Origin: Corallochytrium limacisporum Hawaii
Lineage: Eukaryota > Protista > Pluriformea
NCBI GenBank assembly: GCA_002811645.1
Contig: PDIP01000048.1
Span: 62,001-126,000 of the forward strand
DNA length: 64,000 nucleotides
Direction: 5' to 3'
Part shown: positions 1 through 11,948 of the stretch, piece after piece
Layout of the letters: every line of letters starts with the position of its first letter
How positions within the stretch are numbered: the first letter of the stretch is position 1
Program-made: the position numbers and the translations under genes
Notes under the pieces: model-generated
Seen by the model: the letters and a program-made list of their open reading frames with translations, nothing else
The model's database searches: none
What the model was told of the DNA's origin: nothing

Positions 1-738
1 CGACAAACCGATTACGATCAAGGAATAGGGCTCAAAGTTCATCGAACAACTCGTCTCCATTCCGTAAGCAAACGAGCATGAACCCCACGCAGCATTTTTC
101 GACGGGCGATTTACATCATCATCTTGTAACTAAACTGACAGCCACCACCAAAACATCCTTTCTACTGAATTTTTTATTGATGATCTGTTTTGTTCTCATT
201 CTCCTTACATAATTTTTCTGTGAAAGTAAAAAACCCGCTTGCCTTCCTGTTGTAGTTCTTTATTTTCCATTACCGTCCTCGGCCAGTTGTGCGTTTCGCT
301 TAAATAAAATGGTCGTCCGCACTCTGTTTTCTCATTTCTCCTTCCAAAATGGCACCACCAACTACCAATTAGGAATTTAATAAAGGTCCGTATAATAGAT
401 TCCTCTTTAGTATAATGAGAAGGTACATTTTACAAATATTCGGTATATATTTATTAACATCTGGCACACGACTGCGAGACCATGCGAGACAGGGTTTCGG
501 AGAGACAGTAAATCTATTGGCACAGGCTTCAGCCAAGGGAAGCCAGAACAAAAAGCCCCTCACATTCCAAGGGTCCCGGTGCTGAACCGTGTACCCGCGT
601 AGATTGCGTCAGAATAGCCGGATATATCCAATACGCGGCCCCGCCCGTTTTTCCTTTCGGTGTGCGGCTGGAGCCGAATCGAGAAAGTCTCGGCCTCGCA
701 TCAGCTGATTTTGCGGTATACCACCATTCGGTATGTGA

Positions 739-756
739 GGGGAGGGGCGGGAGGGG
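739..756 (+). promoter_or_regulatory. GC-box / canonical G-quadruplex motif upstream of the selenoprotein gene
   Basis: GGGGAGGGGCGGGAGGGG: four G-runs with 1-nt loops, about 215 nt upstream of ATG 970. Confidence 0.35.
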
Positions 757-969
757 CGATTCCATAGGGTTGGGGGTGAGCTCCGACAGGACACAGTGAC
801 GGACCACAGAAGATTCCCTCACCGCTGCGATGCTCATGTTCATGTTCTGTGGGCCGGTGAAGCTACTTATGCGACACTTCCCGAGCACAACATCGAAGCC
901 AAAAGTTTTTTTCCGTAAACGATTACGTTTGCTCCGGGATAGTTGTTCACACAGCAGGCCAGAGCAATC

Positions 970-1542
970 ATGCCCATCGAGGGTACGTTTGAGTTGGACA
1001 CCGAGGTCCTTGACCTCGAAAACAGCTCCATTAAACTTGGTGACATTCTTGCCCAGTCCCAGAGCGAGGCTACTGTCCTCGTTCTGATTCGCCGTTTCGG
1101 CTGAGCCTACTGCCACCACCAGGCCACGATGATCCTGTCGGGCCGCACCGAGCTTGACCAACTTGGTGCTCAGGTGGTGGGTATTGGCAATGGCAGCGTC
1201 CTGTTTGCCAACAGCTTCAAGAAGAATACGAAATGGGACTATCCAGTTTACCGCGATCCCAAGTCTGCGGTATACAAGAGCATTGGCCTGCCTCGCCTCA
1301 GTGTTTGGCAGGCTCTGTCGCGATTCCTTTTCAACAGTGCTGCGCGGGCATTCTACAATGGCACTCTGTCAAAGGAGCACCCTTCCTCTGATTACAAGGG
1401 TGACGGTCAGCAGACCGGTGGTGTTTTCGTTGTGAATAAGGCGGGTGAGTTCACCTTCGCCTTCAAGGAGCACGAAAATCCTCCAGAGAAATTTGCAGAT
1501 GTGCAAGACATCATCGCAGCGGTAAGGAAGATGAACAAGTAG
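970..1542 (+). CDS. Selenoprotein of the SelU / peroxiredoxin-like 2 (PRXL2, AhpC/TSA-like) family, 190 aa, with Sec encoded by TGA at 1102-1104
   Basis: ATG at 970 is in frame with the track ORF 1129..1542. It reads MPIEGTFELD...TVLVLIRRFG-TGA-AYCHHQA..., a UxxC redox motif where PRXL2 proteins have RRxGCxxC. Downstream family motifs: VVGIG, VYRDP..VYKSIGL, GDGQQTGGVFVV. A SECIS lies downstream. Confidence 0.9.
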
Positions 1543-1871
1543 ACAAGACAGATCAGGATCTCACTTCCATATTGGTTGTTGTAGTCCTGTCCAATGAACC
1601 TAATGAGTTGTCATGTATCTCCGAACTGGAAGCGAAGAAAGACAAACATCAGCATCGCTGCTCCCAACCATACCTTAACCACACCGAACGCAACATGAAC
1701 GGCAACGTAGCAGAAGCTGGGAATGAGAACAACGAGGAACACAAACAGGGTTACGACACATCCTCTGCAGAGCAAAACGGATATGACCAGGTACGTGAGA
1801 CGAATAATAATTTGAGAAGAAAGTGGTGTTCATGCGTAGTCGAACTGGTGGCCAGGCTTCCACCAACTGAC

Positions 1872-1930
1872 AGCAAATGACGGAGCACGCCAAAATCCTG
1901 AAACGGAGGCGTTGCGATCCTGATATCTAA
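1872..1930 (+). promoter_or_regulatory. Eukaryotic type II SECIS element
   Basis: ATGAC (1877-1881) and TGAT (1921-1924) form the non-Watson-Crick core. Helix II is GGA-GCA-CGCC paired with GGCG-t-TGC-ga-TCC. Unpaired AAAA at 1892-1895, then an apical mini-helix TCC/GGA. It lies about 335 nt after the stop codon. Helix I is weak by eye. Confidence 0.85.
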
Positions 1931-3978
1931 CGAAGGATACAGAGGGATAGAAACTGTTCTGCGACAGTGGTCCAAGGTTTGGTCACCTTGGCTCCCATCC
2001 TTTACTCCTTTGCCTTCGTGCATCAACCTTTTCAAATTGGGGTAATCCTAACATCTTTCCCTGATCATATTGACCGATCAATCTTGTGTTGGTGACTCTT
2101 TTTATTTCATGGTATTCCTCAACACCAGATCTTGTGTATTACTAAACATCGCCTGAAAAAAATAAAGAAATCTGTATGTAGGAGCAAAACAGCACATCAT
2201 GGTCCAAGCAGAGACCGTGATTGACGTGACTCCCCGTGCGTGCGGATCACAGACGTGAACACCGGCCTGCGTGCCCCCTCCCCTCGGGCGTTGGGTGTCC
2301 ACATCTGAGATTGATCGGAATGTCATCGAGGGACTTGCCTTGAAGCATCTACCGTAGTGACCAGTACTGCCTGCCGCCTGCCTCCCCGGCCCCCCTTTTT
2401 TTCCGGCGGGGGAGCCCGTGAGCTGGGCACCCGCTACCGTATTCCGAATAAAACCTCTCTCGGTGTATCAGACTGAAAGTTAAACACACACCATCGTATT
2501 TAGTGAAATAAGCTCCGACAAAGCACCTCCCCCCCTCCCTCCCTGTGAGAATGCAGCTGCGCTGGGGCTGGGTGCTGCTGCGTATGAAAGCCTGGCTTCG
2601 TTCCATTATTTTTTTCCCCGGCATTTTGTGATTGTACTTTTCCTATGGCAGCCAGACACGCAAGCGGGCGCTTGCGCGAATATTTAGTGTTCCGCGAATT
2701 GACCGCTGACGGGTTTAGGAGGTCTGTGTCACTGTGCCAGGATTTATATACTGAATGTTCCACGGTTGGGGCACCATTAGTACCTCCAGGATTTTTGGCC
2801 AAGAAGAAATCCTCCTTGTTGCTCGGGCCCGATCGCCCTTTCTGCTCCAGATGTTCTCCGATAGGTTCATTATGAAACACGGGAATGTGTCTGCAGCGGC
2901 GTGTTTTTCGGCACACAGCGCAGAGCGAGACAAAGGGAAAGAAAAAAGTCAAAACACTCGGGGTCATTCATTCCGATTCATTCACGAAAAATAGTGCCTA
3001 TACGGCAAGGAGACCCGAAAGCGGTAGGTGAAAACTCCGCCGTTCCCCCATGATTCTGTTATCAGAGGGGGGGCTCCTATTATGGAAGGATCAGGCACCG
3101 TTTGGTAGTACTGTGAATACTGCCAAAGCCCGCAGCCCCCGCGCCGGGTCTTATACGGGCCCATCGCACAGAACGTTAGGACCCCCTGGGTCCACCGAGC
3201 GCCTCTTTCGGCGGGTTGGCGAGTTTGGTTCTTTCAGTACGGAGATCCGCCTTGCACGGTGTTTTCACTTTTTGCCAAACCCAGCCCCTCCGTCTCTTCC
3301 CCCCCCCCTCCCCAAGCCAATGTTCCCAAGCGATGATTTCAAGGCGATGAGATCTGGTATAATTACTATATGTTCGACACAGCGAAAACTTCACAGCACG
3401 CCATGTTTGAGAATTTGCAACACTTGAGTTTACGAAAATATTTCTTCTCAGCCTGCAGGCAAATAGACGTTCATTCTGTGGGCACTCGTCTCTCAGGGCC
3501 TCCCGTTGCTGCCGTTGCTGTCGTCCGATTGTGCGCGTATGGTGAGTGGAGGTTGGTGTGTGACGCTTTTCCGTGCTTCCTTCTCGGGGTTTGGTCCGGT
3601 AACCCAGACCGGGGGCCCTACCAGCGGTCCCGGTCTCAATATATGGTCCAATGGGACTGAGTTCGCCCGATTACAATTCCCAGCTAATAAGGTGCATTTG
3701 TGAGTTTCACAGGTATTGTTTCTTTTGGTAGCGGTCATGAAGTGAAGGCATTCTTCATTGTCATGTAGAGATCCGTGCTATGGGAGAGAGTGGTACTTGG
3801 CAGATAGTGAGTCTCTAAGGCTGCCCTACGCTTCTGGCATTCGGTGTTACTAATGAAGTGGTGACAACCACCACCCAAGGACGTCAAAAGGAAAACGACT
3901 AGATGGTATTTTGAAACAATGTGAAGTACGCGAAGTAATTGTAGTTGGGATTGTACAGACATACAATAAACAGTCACC

Positions 3979-6900
3979 ATGCGGATGGGAAGAATCAAGT
4001 TCCCTGACTATATCAATACGAAGGATAAACCCTCGGACTACTATAAGGTCTTGGAACTTCTGGGTGAAGGATCATTCGGACGTGTATATAAGGGAAAGCG
4101 CCTGTCCGATGACCTCGAAGTTGCCCTAAAAACCATTAAGGTCCAAGAGGAGTCGGAGAAGGAGACCTTCCAGGTAGAAATTCAAATTCTGAAGAAAGCA
4201 AGGCACAGTCATGTCATCGGGCTCTATGAGGCATTCTTTTATAAGCACCAGTTCCTGCTGGTACTAGAACTGTGTGATGGTGCAGCCGTTGAAGAAATTT
4301 ACCAGGAACTGGGCCGTGGTTTTACGGAAGAACAGATAGCATGCTGCATGCGGCAGACTCTGCATGGTCTACAATATCTGCACGAGCAAAACATTATCCA
4401 TCGTGACATTAAGGGAGGAAATATCCTAGTGGACTCCAAGGGTGTTGCAAAGCTGACAGATTTCGGTGTCAGTGCCCTGCTAGAACCGGGCCAAACGCAC
4501 CGATCTACCTTTATTGGTACTCCGCACTGGATGGCACCAGAGGTATGCTACTGTGAGCACAAGAGTAACGCAAAGTATGAGGCAAAGTCTGACATTTGGT
4601 CCTTGGGTATTACCTGCATTGAACTGGCCGAGACGGAGCCCCCTATGAATCGTTTGCATCCCATGCGTGCCATCTATCGCATTGTCAGCCTGCCGCCTCC
4701 GGGACTTTCGGAGGCTGCCAAGTGGAGCCGTGATTTTCAAAATTTTGTAGCCAAGTGTCTTGTCAAGGACCCTTCCCTACGGTCGGGTACCAGCCAGCTG
4801 CGGAGCCATCCATTTGTCAAAGGCGACATTGACGACACGAAGGTTCTGAAAATGTTGGTCCGTGAATATCTGTCTCCGGTGGAGGATGTGGAAGTCTCAG
4901 AGGCTGAGTATGCAGAATTCGCACGACGGGAGAACCAGGCAAAGGACCAGAGGGAAGAGGACATCTATGATCGCCTCAAGCAGACCATTGTCGAGGCCAA
5001 GGTCGGGGGTGGCACCGTGGTCAGTGACGGTGGCAGTTCGGTGGAAAAGCGGCCTCTGCCACAAATGCCGCAACCAGTTCCTGCGTACCGGCCACCCGGA
5101 ATTACGGCGGGTTCGACGGAATCTATACCGGATTCCCCGGCCACAAGTACTACAAATCTCTGTATGAGCGAGGTCGAGGCTCCGTACGCCCCCCGCCTTA
5201 GTGAGGACAGTCTCGTCAGTTCCAGCAGAGACTCTATCCCAATGGCCACCCCGCAGCCCCCCCCGCGGAGTACGAAGCCTCCGCCACGGCCCCCTAAGGA
5301 GGGTACACTGAGTAGGAGCCAACCGTCTCTTGGTCACGTTGACAGTGGTAGCGATATGACAATCCCTGCCCTGCCTCCAAAGCCACAGGTTCCCGCCTTG
5401 CCGCCCAGGTCCGACCGTGCAACATCTGAAAACCAGCTGGAGCCCGTCAGCTCCATCACTGGCCGTGATCGTGCCGTAAGTGAGCCTCCAAAGATTGAGA
5501 TTGACATACGGGAAGGACCGGGACCGCGCTTACCAAAGAATCCGAACTTCCCGTCATCCCACTTGCTTACTGCTGACCAGCGTGGCATGTCAAATACTTC
5601 AGTCTATTCGTTTGCGGACGAATATGAACGAATCCGCCAGCGTGGTATCGCGGTCAGCAACGAATCGCTGATGGGATCGCATGCGGCCTTGAATGCAACT
5701 CCTGGTCAGGAAGAGGATATGGTTATCACGGACGATACCCCCAGCGTTCCGTCTCGACAATCTAAGCCGGTGCCTCCGTCCCGGGAATCAGCGGCTCGGC
5801 GACAACTTGCAAACCTCATGCTCGACTCTGACGAAAGAGATGAAACGATGGAAACAAATGGGGACAATGCAGCTCCCGAAGATGATGTCTACAATGTGCC
5901 ACCCCGTACATCGACATCCACTGTTGACACAGAGGACGGCGTTGGTGAGCTACCCCCGCGTGGACCGAAAGCCCTGGAGAAATTCAAGATTCGTGATCGC
6001 AGCCACTCCTCCGTCTCCGTCGATGCCAGCCTTGTGGCCGTGGACGACGAGGCTCTCGAGTCTGAGGACGGTAGCGAAGGCGGACAAAGTAGCCGTCGGG
6101 AACCTATGCGCGTACCCCGGGCCAAGAAAGGTGGTGGTGGTGGTGAGAAGGCTTCAGCCTTTGGAACTCGCATCAAGCAGCGCCAGGTCGCCACCGAGGA
6201 CGGCCGTAAGTTTAATGTTCTCAGCGCCTTCACAGCCAAGGATCTTCGCGAAGAGGCCTTCAAGAAATTCTTCAAGAACCAGCAGAACCAATTCAAGAAC
6301 ATGCTGCGTCAAGAACGGCAGGAACTGCAGGCCCTGCAGAGCAAGCAGGAGACAGATATGGAAAACCTGCGGGAGAAACACAAGGCTGAGCGGGAAAATA
6401 CACTGGACGCTTTCGACAAGCAAGTCAAGGTGCTGAAGAAAACACAGGAAGAGGAGCTGAAGAGCGCTCAGAAGGAGATGAGCCAGAAGATGGCCAAATT
6501 CAGCAAGTCCCACAAGGACAATGCCAAGAAGGCAGAGTTTGGCGTCGAACTCATGCAAAAGGTGAACGATATGGAGACTCAGCACAAAGGTACGTTGGAT
6601 CTGATCAACAAGCAGCGCGATAAGGTTCAGGAGGATCAAATGAGCCGTCAGCTGCAGGAGATCCACCGTCTCAAATACCACCACCTGGAGCAGGAGATGT
6701 CCCTAATGGCGGAGCACCTCCAGGCTCGCAACAATATCGAGATCAAGCGCCACGAAGAACGCAGTCAGGACCTGCACCAGGCTCTGGCCCGCGAACACCG
6801 TGAAGAAATCAAGGTCCTACCTAAGATTCTCAAGGCTGAATTCAAGGAACGTAACAAGGAATACGAATTGAAACGTGCTAAGAAGATCAGTGTACTGAAG

Positions 6901-7197
6901 AAGCAGGGACAGAGCAAGTCTGAGATCAAGGAGATCATTAAGGCAGAGGACAGCCGATTCATTCAGCAAGAGAAGGAACGAGAGGACAAGCTGATCAAGT
7001 TCATGCACAAACGGCAGAAGCAGGATATTCAGAAGCAGGAAGCCGATGATCATGAAGATCTGAAGGAACTCAAGGCTGTCTTCGAACAACGTCAGGAGGG
7101 TTTGGAGGAGACCAAGGCGGATCGCACGAAGGCCCTTCAGGAACAGTGTGAGGTCGAGATGTCGGAACTCGCGGCCCAATTCAGCGAAGCAACGTGA
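3979..7197 (+). CDS. STE20-family Ser/Thr kinase, SLK/STK10(LOK)-like, with a Pro-rich linker and C-terminal coiled coil
   Basis: GEGSFGRV, HRDIKGGN, DFG, STE20 signature FIGTPHWMAPEV, EPPM..LHPMRAIYRI, KWSRDF; long E/K/Q-rich C-terminal coiled coil. Confidence 0.92.
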   Translation: MRMGRIKFPDYINTKDKPSDYYKVLELLGEGSFGRVYKGKRLSDDLEVALKTIKVQEESEKETFQVEIQILKKARHSHVIGLYEAFFYKHQFLLVLELCDGAAVEEIYQELGRGFTEEQIACCMRQTLHGLQYLHEQNIIHRDIKGGNILVDSKGVAKLTDFGVSALLEPGQTHRSTFIGTPHWMAPEVCYCEHKSNAKYEAKSDIWSLGITCIELAETEPPMNRLHPMRAIYRIVSLPPPGLSEAAKWSRDFQNFVAKCLVKDPSLRSGTSQLRSHPFVKGDIDDTKVLKMLVREYLSPVEDVEVSEAEYAEFARRENQAKDQREEDIYDRLKQTIVEAKVGGGTVVSDGGSSVEKRPLPQMPQPVPAYRPPGITAGSTESIPDSPATSTTNLCMSEVEAPYAPRLSEDSLVSSSRDSIPMATPQPPPRSTKPPPRPPKEGTLSRSQPSLGHVDSGSDMTIPALPPKPQVPALPPRSDRATSENQLEPVSSITGRDRAVSEPPKIEIDIREGPGPRLPKNPNFPSSHLLTADQRGMSNTSVYSFADEYERIRQRGIAVSNESLMGSHAALNATPGQEEDMVITDDTPSVPSRQSKPVPPSRESAARRQLANLMLDSDERDETMETNGDNAAPEDDVYNVPPRTSTSTVDTEDGVGELPPRGPKALEKFKIRDRSHSSVSVDASLVAVDDEALESEDGSEGGQSSRREPMRVPRAKKGGGGGEKASAFGTRIKQRQVATEDGRKFNVLSAFTAKDLREEAFKKFFKNQQNQFKNMLRQERQELQALQSKQETDMENLREKHKAERENTLDAFDKQVKVLKKTQEEELKSAQKEMSQKMAKFSKSHKDNAKKAEFGVELMQKVNDMETQHKGTLDLINKQRDKVQEDQMSRQLQEIHRLKYHHLEQEMSLMAEHLQARNNIEIKRHEERSQDLHQALAREHREEIKVLPKILKAEFKERNKEYELKRAKKISVLKKQGQSKSEIKEIIKAEDSRFIQQEKEREDKLIKFMHKRQKQDIQKQEADDHEDLKELKAVFEQRQEGLEETKADRTKALQEQCEVEMSELAAQFSEAT

Positions 7198-7434
7198 TTG
7201 TGGACTTCAACCTACACCATAGTACATCAACTGTTTTTGCACATAAACCTATGTATAGAGACCTCAATGTATCTAACCAGTTTTGAAGACCACAAGAAAC
7301 TGTAAGGTTTCCGGTAAGCAATTTCTCTATTATGATGTGTTTTGTCTACTTGACATGCCGCGCCATGTTCTTGGCATGGTGTTGGCTTCTTTAACGATCT
7401 GGTGGTTGTGCCTGATTTTTGTATGCCTCCTGAG

Positions 7435-8130
7435 CTAGTTTGTCATGCGCAGATACCATGCATACGCCCGATCTTTGGCCGCCTCGAACGAATCTAGAGC
7501 TGGCCTGACATCGATCTCAATGAATGAATTAGTCTCATCATTCTTGTCCCCGATGCTATAGTAGTCGATGATATAGCGCACGTCTTTGCCACATCTGTCG
7601 ATGGTCCAGTCGTGGCGATCAAAGGGAAGCTCATAGCCCAGCCAGCTGCGCATACGGGCCCGGGGACTGAACTCTGTAGCCTTACCCTGAAATTTCTTAA
7701 GCATAGGCATTCGACATTGGTCTGCATGAAGAGCCTCCCATTTAAGAACTTCCCGCCAAGCGTACTCGTTGTTTGCATTGTGGACACGGATAACTTCGGT
7801 CATATCCTCACGAACCATCTCCGGGTTGTCCTCGTGCTTCCATCCCTTACGACGCATGGCATTGTAGAACATTTGCTCACTGGGGTAGATCCAGGGCTTT
7901 CCACCTTCACTAGCCCTTGGAATCGACGAAGTGATGCGCTCTGTGCTCAGCTCAAAGGGCTGTCCTTCAGCCGGCTGTTGGGCAGGATTCTTTGGCATCT
8001 GATTCTGCGGATCAAGGCCAGTGTCCCCCTCGGTCTTCTTAGGCCCGGGCATAGGCTCACGACCAAAGGTCATAGCGGCCTTGTCCCGCTGAGCATCACG
8101 GCTCACCTCGCTGCTAGCGGAATTTCCCAT
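7435..8130 (-). CDS. HCCS: Holocytochrome c synthase (cytochrome c heme lyase)
   Basis: [64 protein letters not shown]; MG N-terminus compatible with myristoylation. Confidence 0.97.
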   Translation of the reverse strand: MGNSASSEVSRDAQRDKAAMTFGREPMPGPKKTEGDTGLDPQNQMPKNPAQQPAEGQPFELSTERITSSIPRASEGGKPWIYPSEQMFYNAMRRKGWKHEDNPEMVREDMTEVIRVHNANNEYAWREVLKWEALHADQCRMPMLKKFQGKATEFSPRARMRSWLGYELPFDRHDWTIDRCGKDVRYIIDYYSIGDKNDETNSFIEIDVRPALDSFEAAKDRAYAWYLRMTN

Positions 8131-10070
8131 CCTGCTTCTGATTGTTAGTTTAGCGTGGCTTGTTGACCAAGCGGGGAGTAAACAATACGTAATCGCACAA
8201 TTCCGTTTTCACGGAACGAAAACCCAAATGAGACATAACGTTCTCGATAAGATCCTTAGAGCCAGGGTACCATATACCAAATCATTCTCATCATGACTGT
8301 GCAACAACATTCGCAAAGATAGTATTCTGCACAATATGCCGACCACCTCCTCCAAGCACTTAAGCCGCACCCGGCAAGCAAATGGTAACAATTCTCCTCC
8401 ACCAGGGGCAGCAAACCTGCTGATTCGTCACATGCCCTAGATTTCTTGGATTTCGAACAGAAAGTAAATAGCGGAGAACCTTTTTCTTTTTTTGTGGCCG
8501 GCGGCTTGCGCTTGTTAGAAAGAAGAAAGTGCGGGAAAGTGCCCAGGGGGAGGAGAAGGGGGGGGGGACGTGAGGGGCCCGCCAGAAAGGGGAGACTCAA
8601 ACGGAGAACTGAGAGTGAGAGACATGGGAAAGAAACTATGACCCGGGCCGCCGTGGTGTGGGGAGGGGGGGGCCCTCAGAGTAAGTGGCACTTGCCATCA
8701 GAAAATGAGGGGGCAACCAGGGGAGAGAGCCACATGGGTGCCAAAAGGTCTTTGTCCCAGTTGACGGAGCAAGAGATTTTTGGGGGAAAACGAACCGCAA
8801 TTTCTGGTGAGAACTTGCAATTACAATAACCACCGTCAAGCTCAATACATCCCACAAGTATGACAAATGGGAGACAACACACGCGTTTTTTGGTCACCCG
8901 ACAGAGCCACCATAGCCACGGGTGAGGATATGCGAACCTGCCCGTCGTGCGACCGCGCTCCCCTCCGCAGGTGTCGGTTTGGCCAAGCGGCCACACTAGG
9001 TGGCCCGCTAGTCTTTTGTTTCTTGCTGCCTCCCGCCGTTGGGGGTGCGTAGCAATAGAAATTGATACCCCCCTGCAGCGAATGGGACGCATTTTGGCAG
9101 TGAGCAGCAGCAGCCCTTCTTCTGCTCTCTCCACCACCTTTTCCCGTCTCCACCACGGACGGCCAACCGGCCCATGTGCCACACGCGGTGCTGGTCGCTC
9201 CGTACGAGAGAAAAAACACACACACCTACACACACGGCCAGCCCTTTGTCCCGACACATTGGACATGGAAAAAGAGCGCGAGAATAATGGAAAACGACGG
9301 GCCAAAAACCAAGTGGTCCGAGTGCAGAAGGGAAGGAAATGATTGGGATGGGGGGAGAGAGAGAGAGAGCCTTCTAATCAAAGTTCCCCAGCCGTCGCGC
9401 TGTGTTCCTATGCTGGCGCTATGTGTGGCTTCCAGAGGCGGACGGACGTGCCACAGTGGAGGCAAGAGTGGAACACGGGGGGAGGGGAGAGGGACAAAAT
9501 GGCGGTGATCGCAAGGACAAGGGGAGAGGGGGACCGAAATTGGCGTCCGTTCTCCTTTTGCGACTGTGCCCCCCTCCCCCCCCCCCGGGGCCCCCGTGTT
9601 ACTACCGCACACATTACGTGTGGGGGAAACACCGGCTCTGCCAGGGAGGGGAAGGAGAAACGGAGGACAGGACCAGTCCGTTAGCCTTTGTTTTACCACC
9701 AATGGGAATTCAATGAAGGCCGAAGCTAGTGGGTCACAGGGGCTTTTCCAAGCAGCTACTGCCCCCATTTGGCAGGAAAAAGGAAGAGGATGCGGTTCAG
9801 GACCCCAAGAGGAGAGTTCGCTGTGTCTGGGGAAAAGGGTAGAGAATTGTGATGGAATGTTTAATGGGTCCCCCCTTAGGCCGGGAAGAGTGGGATCGTG
9901 TGTCTAAAGTCTACTATGTAATGATATGCTAATATGTGTTTGATTGTCCATGAGGTAGACACCCTCATTACCGTCTTGCAGGCAGTGACGTTGAAAGCTT
10001 CATCTCCTTACCTTTTGAAGGGGTGGTAAGTGTGTATGCGCAATTTGCTCTAGTGTTAGGTTAGGTTATG

Positions 10071-11015
10071 TCAAGCGATCGACGTCTTACTGCGGCTTCG
10101 CAAAGCATAACCTCTCCGATGGCCAGCAGGATCGGGCAAGCTGGCGTCGATCACGTCGGAATGCCCGACGTCCCTGGTCTTTTTTGCTCTGGATGCAGAC
10201 CGGAGGCTGGCCCTCTTTTCTCTAGCTTGGCGAATCGAATCTTCAAACATCTTGTCGGGCATGGTGTGAGGTTCATGGATTTCCCGACTGCTGCGCTTGT
10301 TGACAGGGGTGCACAGCAAGTCCTCGTCTGTAGGTAGGCTTTGTTTCGAATTCAGGGTCTTTTCGGACAGTTTGGTTGACTGCTCTGAATGCGGATGGAC
10401 GTTGGTCCGGACCTCGGAGTCCAGCTTGGACACGCACACTCCACTGTCCGATGAGTCTGCCCGTTCAAAACTTTCCACACAAGGAGGCTCCTCCTTGACT
10501 ACTGAACGGATGTCCCCCTGCATTTGCTCCTTGTTCGGCTGCTGCTGCTGCTGCCTAGGGTTCTCTAGAGATGTGTATGTGGGTTCTTTCTTGATGGGCA
10601 CATTGATTATTTTGGTCGGACGGGTGGATTTCGTGACGTTAAAGAGACCCATCAGCCAAGAAGGAAGGAGAGTGATCCCACTTAAGTCTATTATTCGATT
10701 GAACAGTTTGATGGGAGCGCTAAGAGAGACCTCGAAAATCTGGTCAGCAATGTCAAGCGCATCCTCTGTGAACAGATCGAATAGCCGTGCACACAGCTTG
10801 AATGGCATCAAACAGTTCAGAATCATGACCATATAGACAATACCCCAAGTGCTCATTGCGAAATCAAAAAGCAAATATCCCGCGAGGACGAGGGCATGTG
10901 TCAGGTTAAGCCAAAGCACGTACTTTATCGCATGTTGCATGGCTTTAGGGTTGTTGCTCTGGTGGCGGATCCGAAGTGCTGGTAGCACCACGGTAAGTAG
11001 AACGTTTGATAACAT
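10071..11015 (-). CDS. Membrane protein with a hydrophobic N-terminal region, possibly a divergent REEP/TB2-DP1/HVA22 protein, plus a disordered basic tail
   Basis: Starts at a true ATG; 314 aa; the first ~90 aa are hydrophobic with LPA...KY..W...MP spacing loosely like REEP. The family call is tentative. Confidence 0.6.
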   Translation of the reverse strand: MLSNVLLTVVLPALRIRHQSNNPKAMQHAIKYVLWLNLTHALVLAGYLLFDFAMSTWGIVYMVMILNCLMPFKLCARLFDLFTEDALDIADQIFEVSLSAPIKLFNRIIDLSGITLLPSWLMGLFNVTKSTRPTKIINVPIKKEPTYTSLENPRQQQQQPNKEQMQGDIRSVVKEEPPCVESFERADSSDSGVCVSKLDSEVRTNVHPHSEQSTKLSEKTLNSKQSLPTDEDLLCTPVNKRSSREIHEPHTMPDKMFEDSIRQAREKRASLRSASRAKKTRDVGHSDVIDASLPDPAGHRRGYALRSRSKTSIA

Positions 11016-11948
11016 CGTACCCGATTCTATTCATATCTAGTCAACTTTACAGTACAGTGGTGTATGCTTCCAAATCTGCGGTGGTGACAAGTCCAAGATA
11101 CCTCTATCCGCTTCAGCAGGGTCCTGAAATGCACCCCGTACCTCTCCCCTCCCAGTCTTCAATGTTCAAGGGCTCAACCCCCGCCTTAGGTACGGAAAAT
11201 ATACGACATTATTTCAATGAAGCTCTGAACTGTAAGCCTCCACCCCCCACCCCGCGGGTGGGGGCCCAAAGCCACTGTTTTCCGAAAGGACCGGGGCAAT
11301 ACAATCTGGTCGCTTCCGCTGTTTCGGTGTGTTGCGGCTGAAGGGTTGGCTTGGCGGCGTAAACTGCACTCATCGGCTATTCTGTCCTGCTGTAGACCAT
11401 CACTCCGCCACTGATCGATTCTCCAGGAGAGGATGGTCAGTGAATTGATTGATCGCGTGCGCACCCGAGGGGAACTGTGAACCGGCGGCCCATTCCCCCC
11501 CTGTGTACGCTGTCGTCCCTAAACGGTACGTTCGCAGACTCCTGATTAGGGCGAATGGGGTGCGATGGGCTCGACAAAATAGAACCCCCTCCCCCCAATT
11601 AAATTCAATTTAATGTTCGGAATTTTGTTAGGGGTTTGGCTTCATTAACAGCGCAATCTTTCCGCGCCCGAATCTCTGTGTCCCTTTCCCGTGAAACCAA
11701 ACGGCACCGGCTTTCGGTTGCAGCTACGTGTTTTGATAAGAGACCACAGCACAAAGTGCTCCTTCCGAGTCGGTATGGGCGTGTTTGATGTTGTCTGTCC
11801 GGGTATTTGATGTTCTGAACTACACCCTTTGTTTTGGAAGTGTTCTACCTGGTGTACAAAAAACAGTATGTATAGTAGGCGCGATTCGCGAACCAAACTG
11901 TGCAAGATCTTGATGTGGACTAGAAAGTGATCAGACGGCATAGTCAAT

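Noticed and set aside
1-28. Possible 3' end of an upstream gene (DKPITIKE-TAG)
   Set aside because: Too short to support a call.
1102-1104. Genome-wide reassignment of TGA, or a simple nonsense mutation
   Set aside because: TGA ends COQ5 at its family-typical C-terminus and also ends several other genes. This TGA falls exactly on the redox position and has a SECIS, so Sec is the better explanation.
1572-1880. ORF in the selenoprotein 3' UTR that ends at the SECIS core TGA
   Set aside because: Low-complexity product with no recognisable family; most likely a chance ORF in the UTR.
3540-3978. 5'-UTR intron or trans-splice acceptor (GTGAGT at 3542; GATTGTACAG before the ATG, also seen before 41079)
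   Set aside because: The pattern is not consistent across genes and lacks a clear polypyrimidine tract; it cannot be supported without RNA data.
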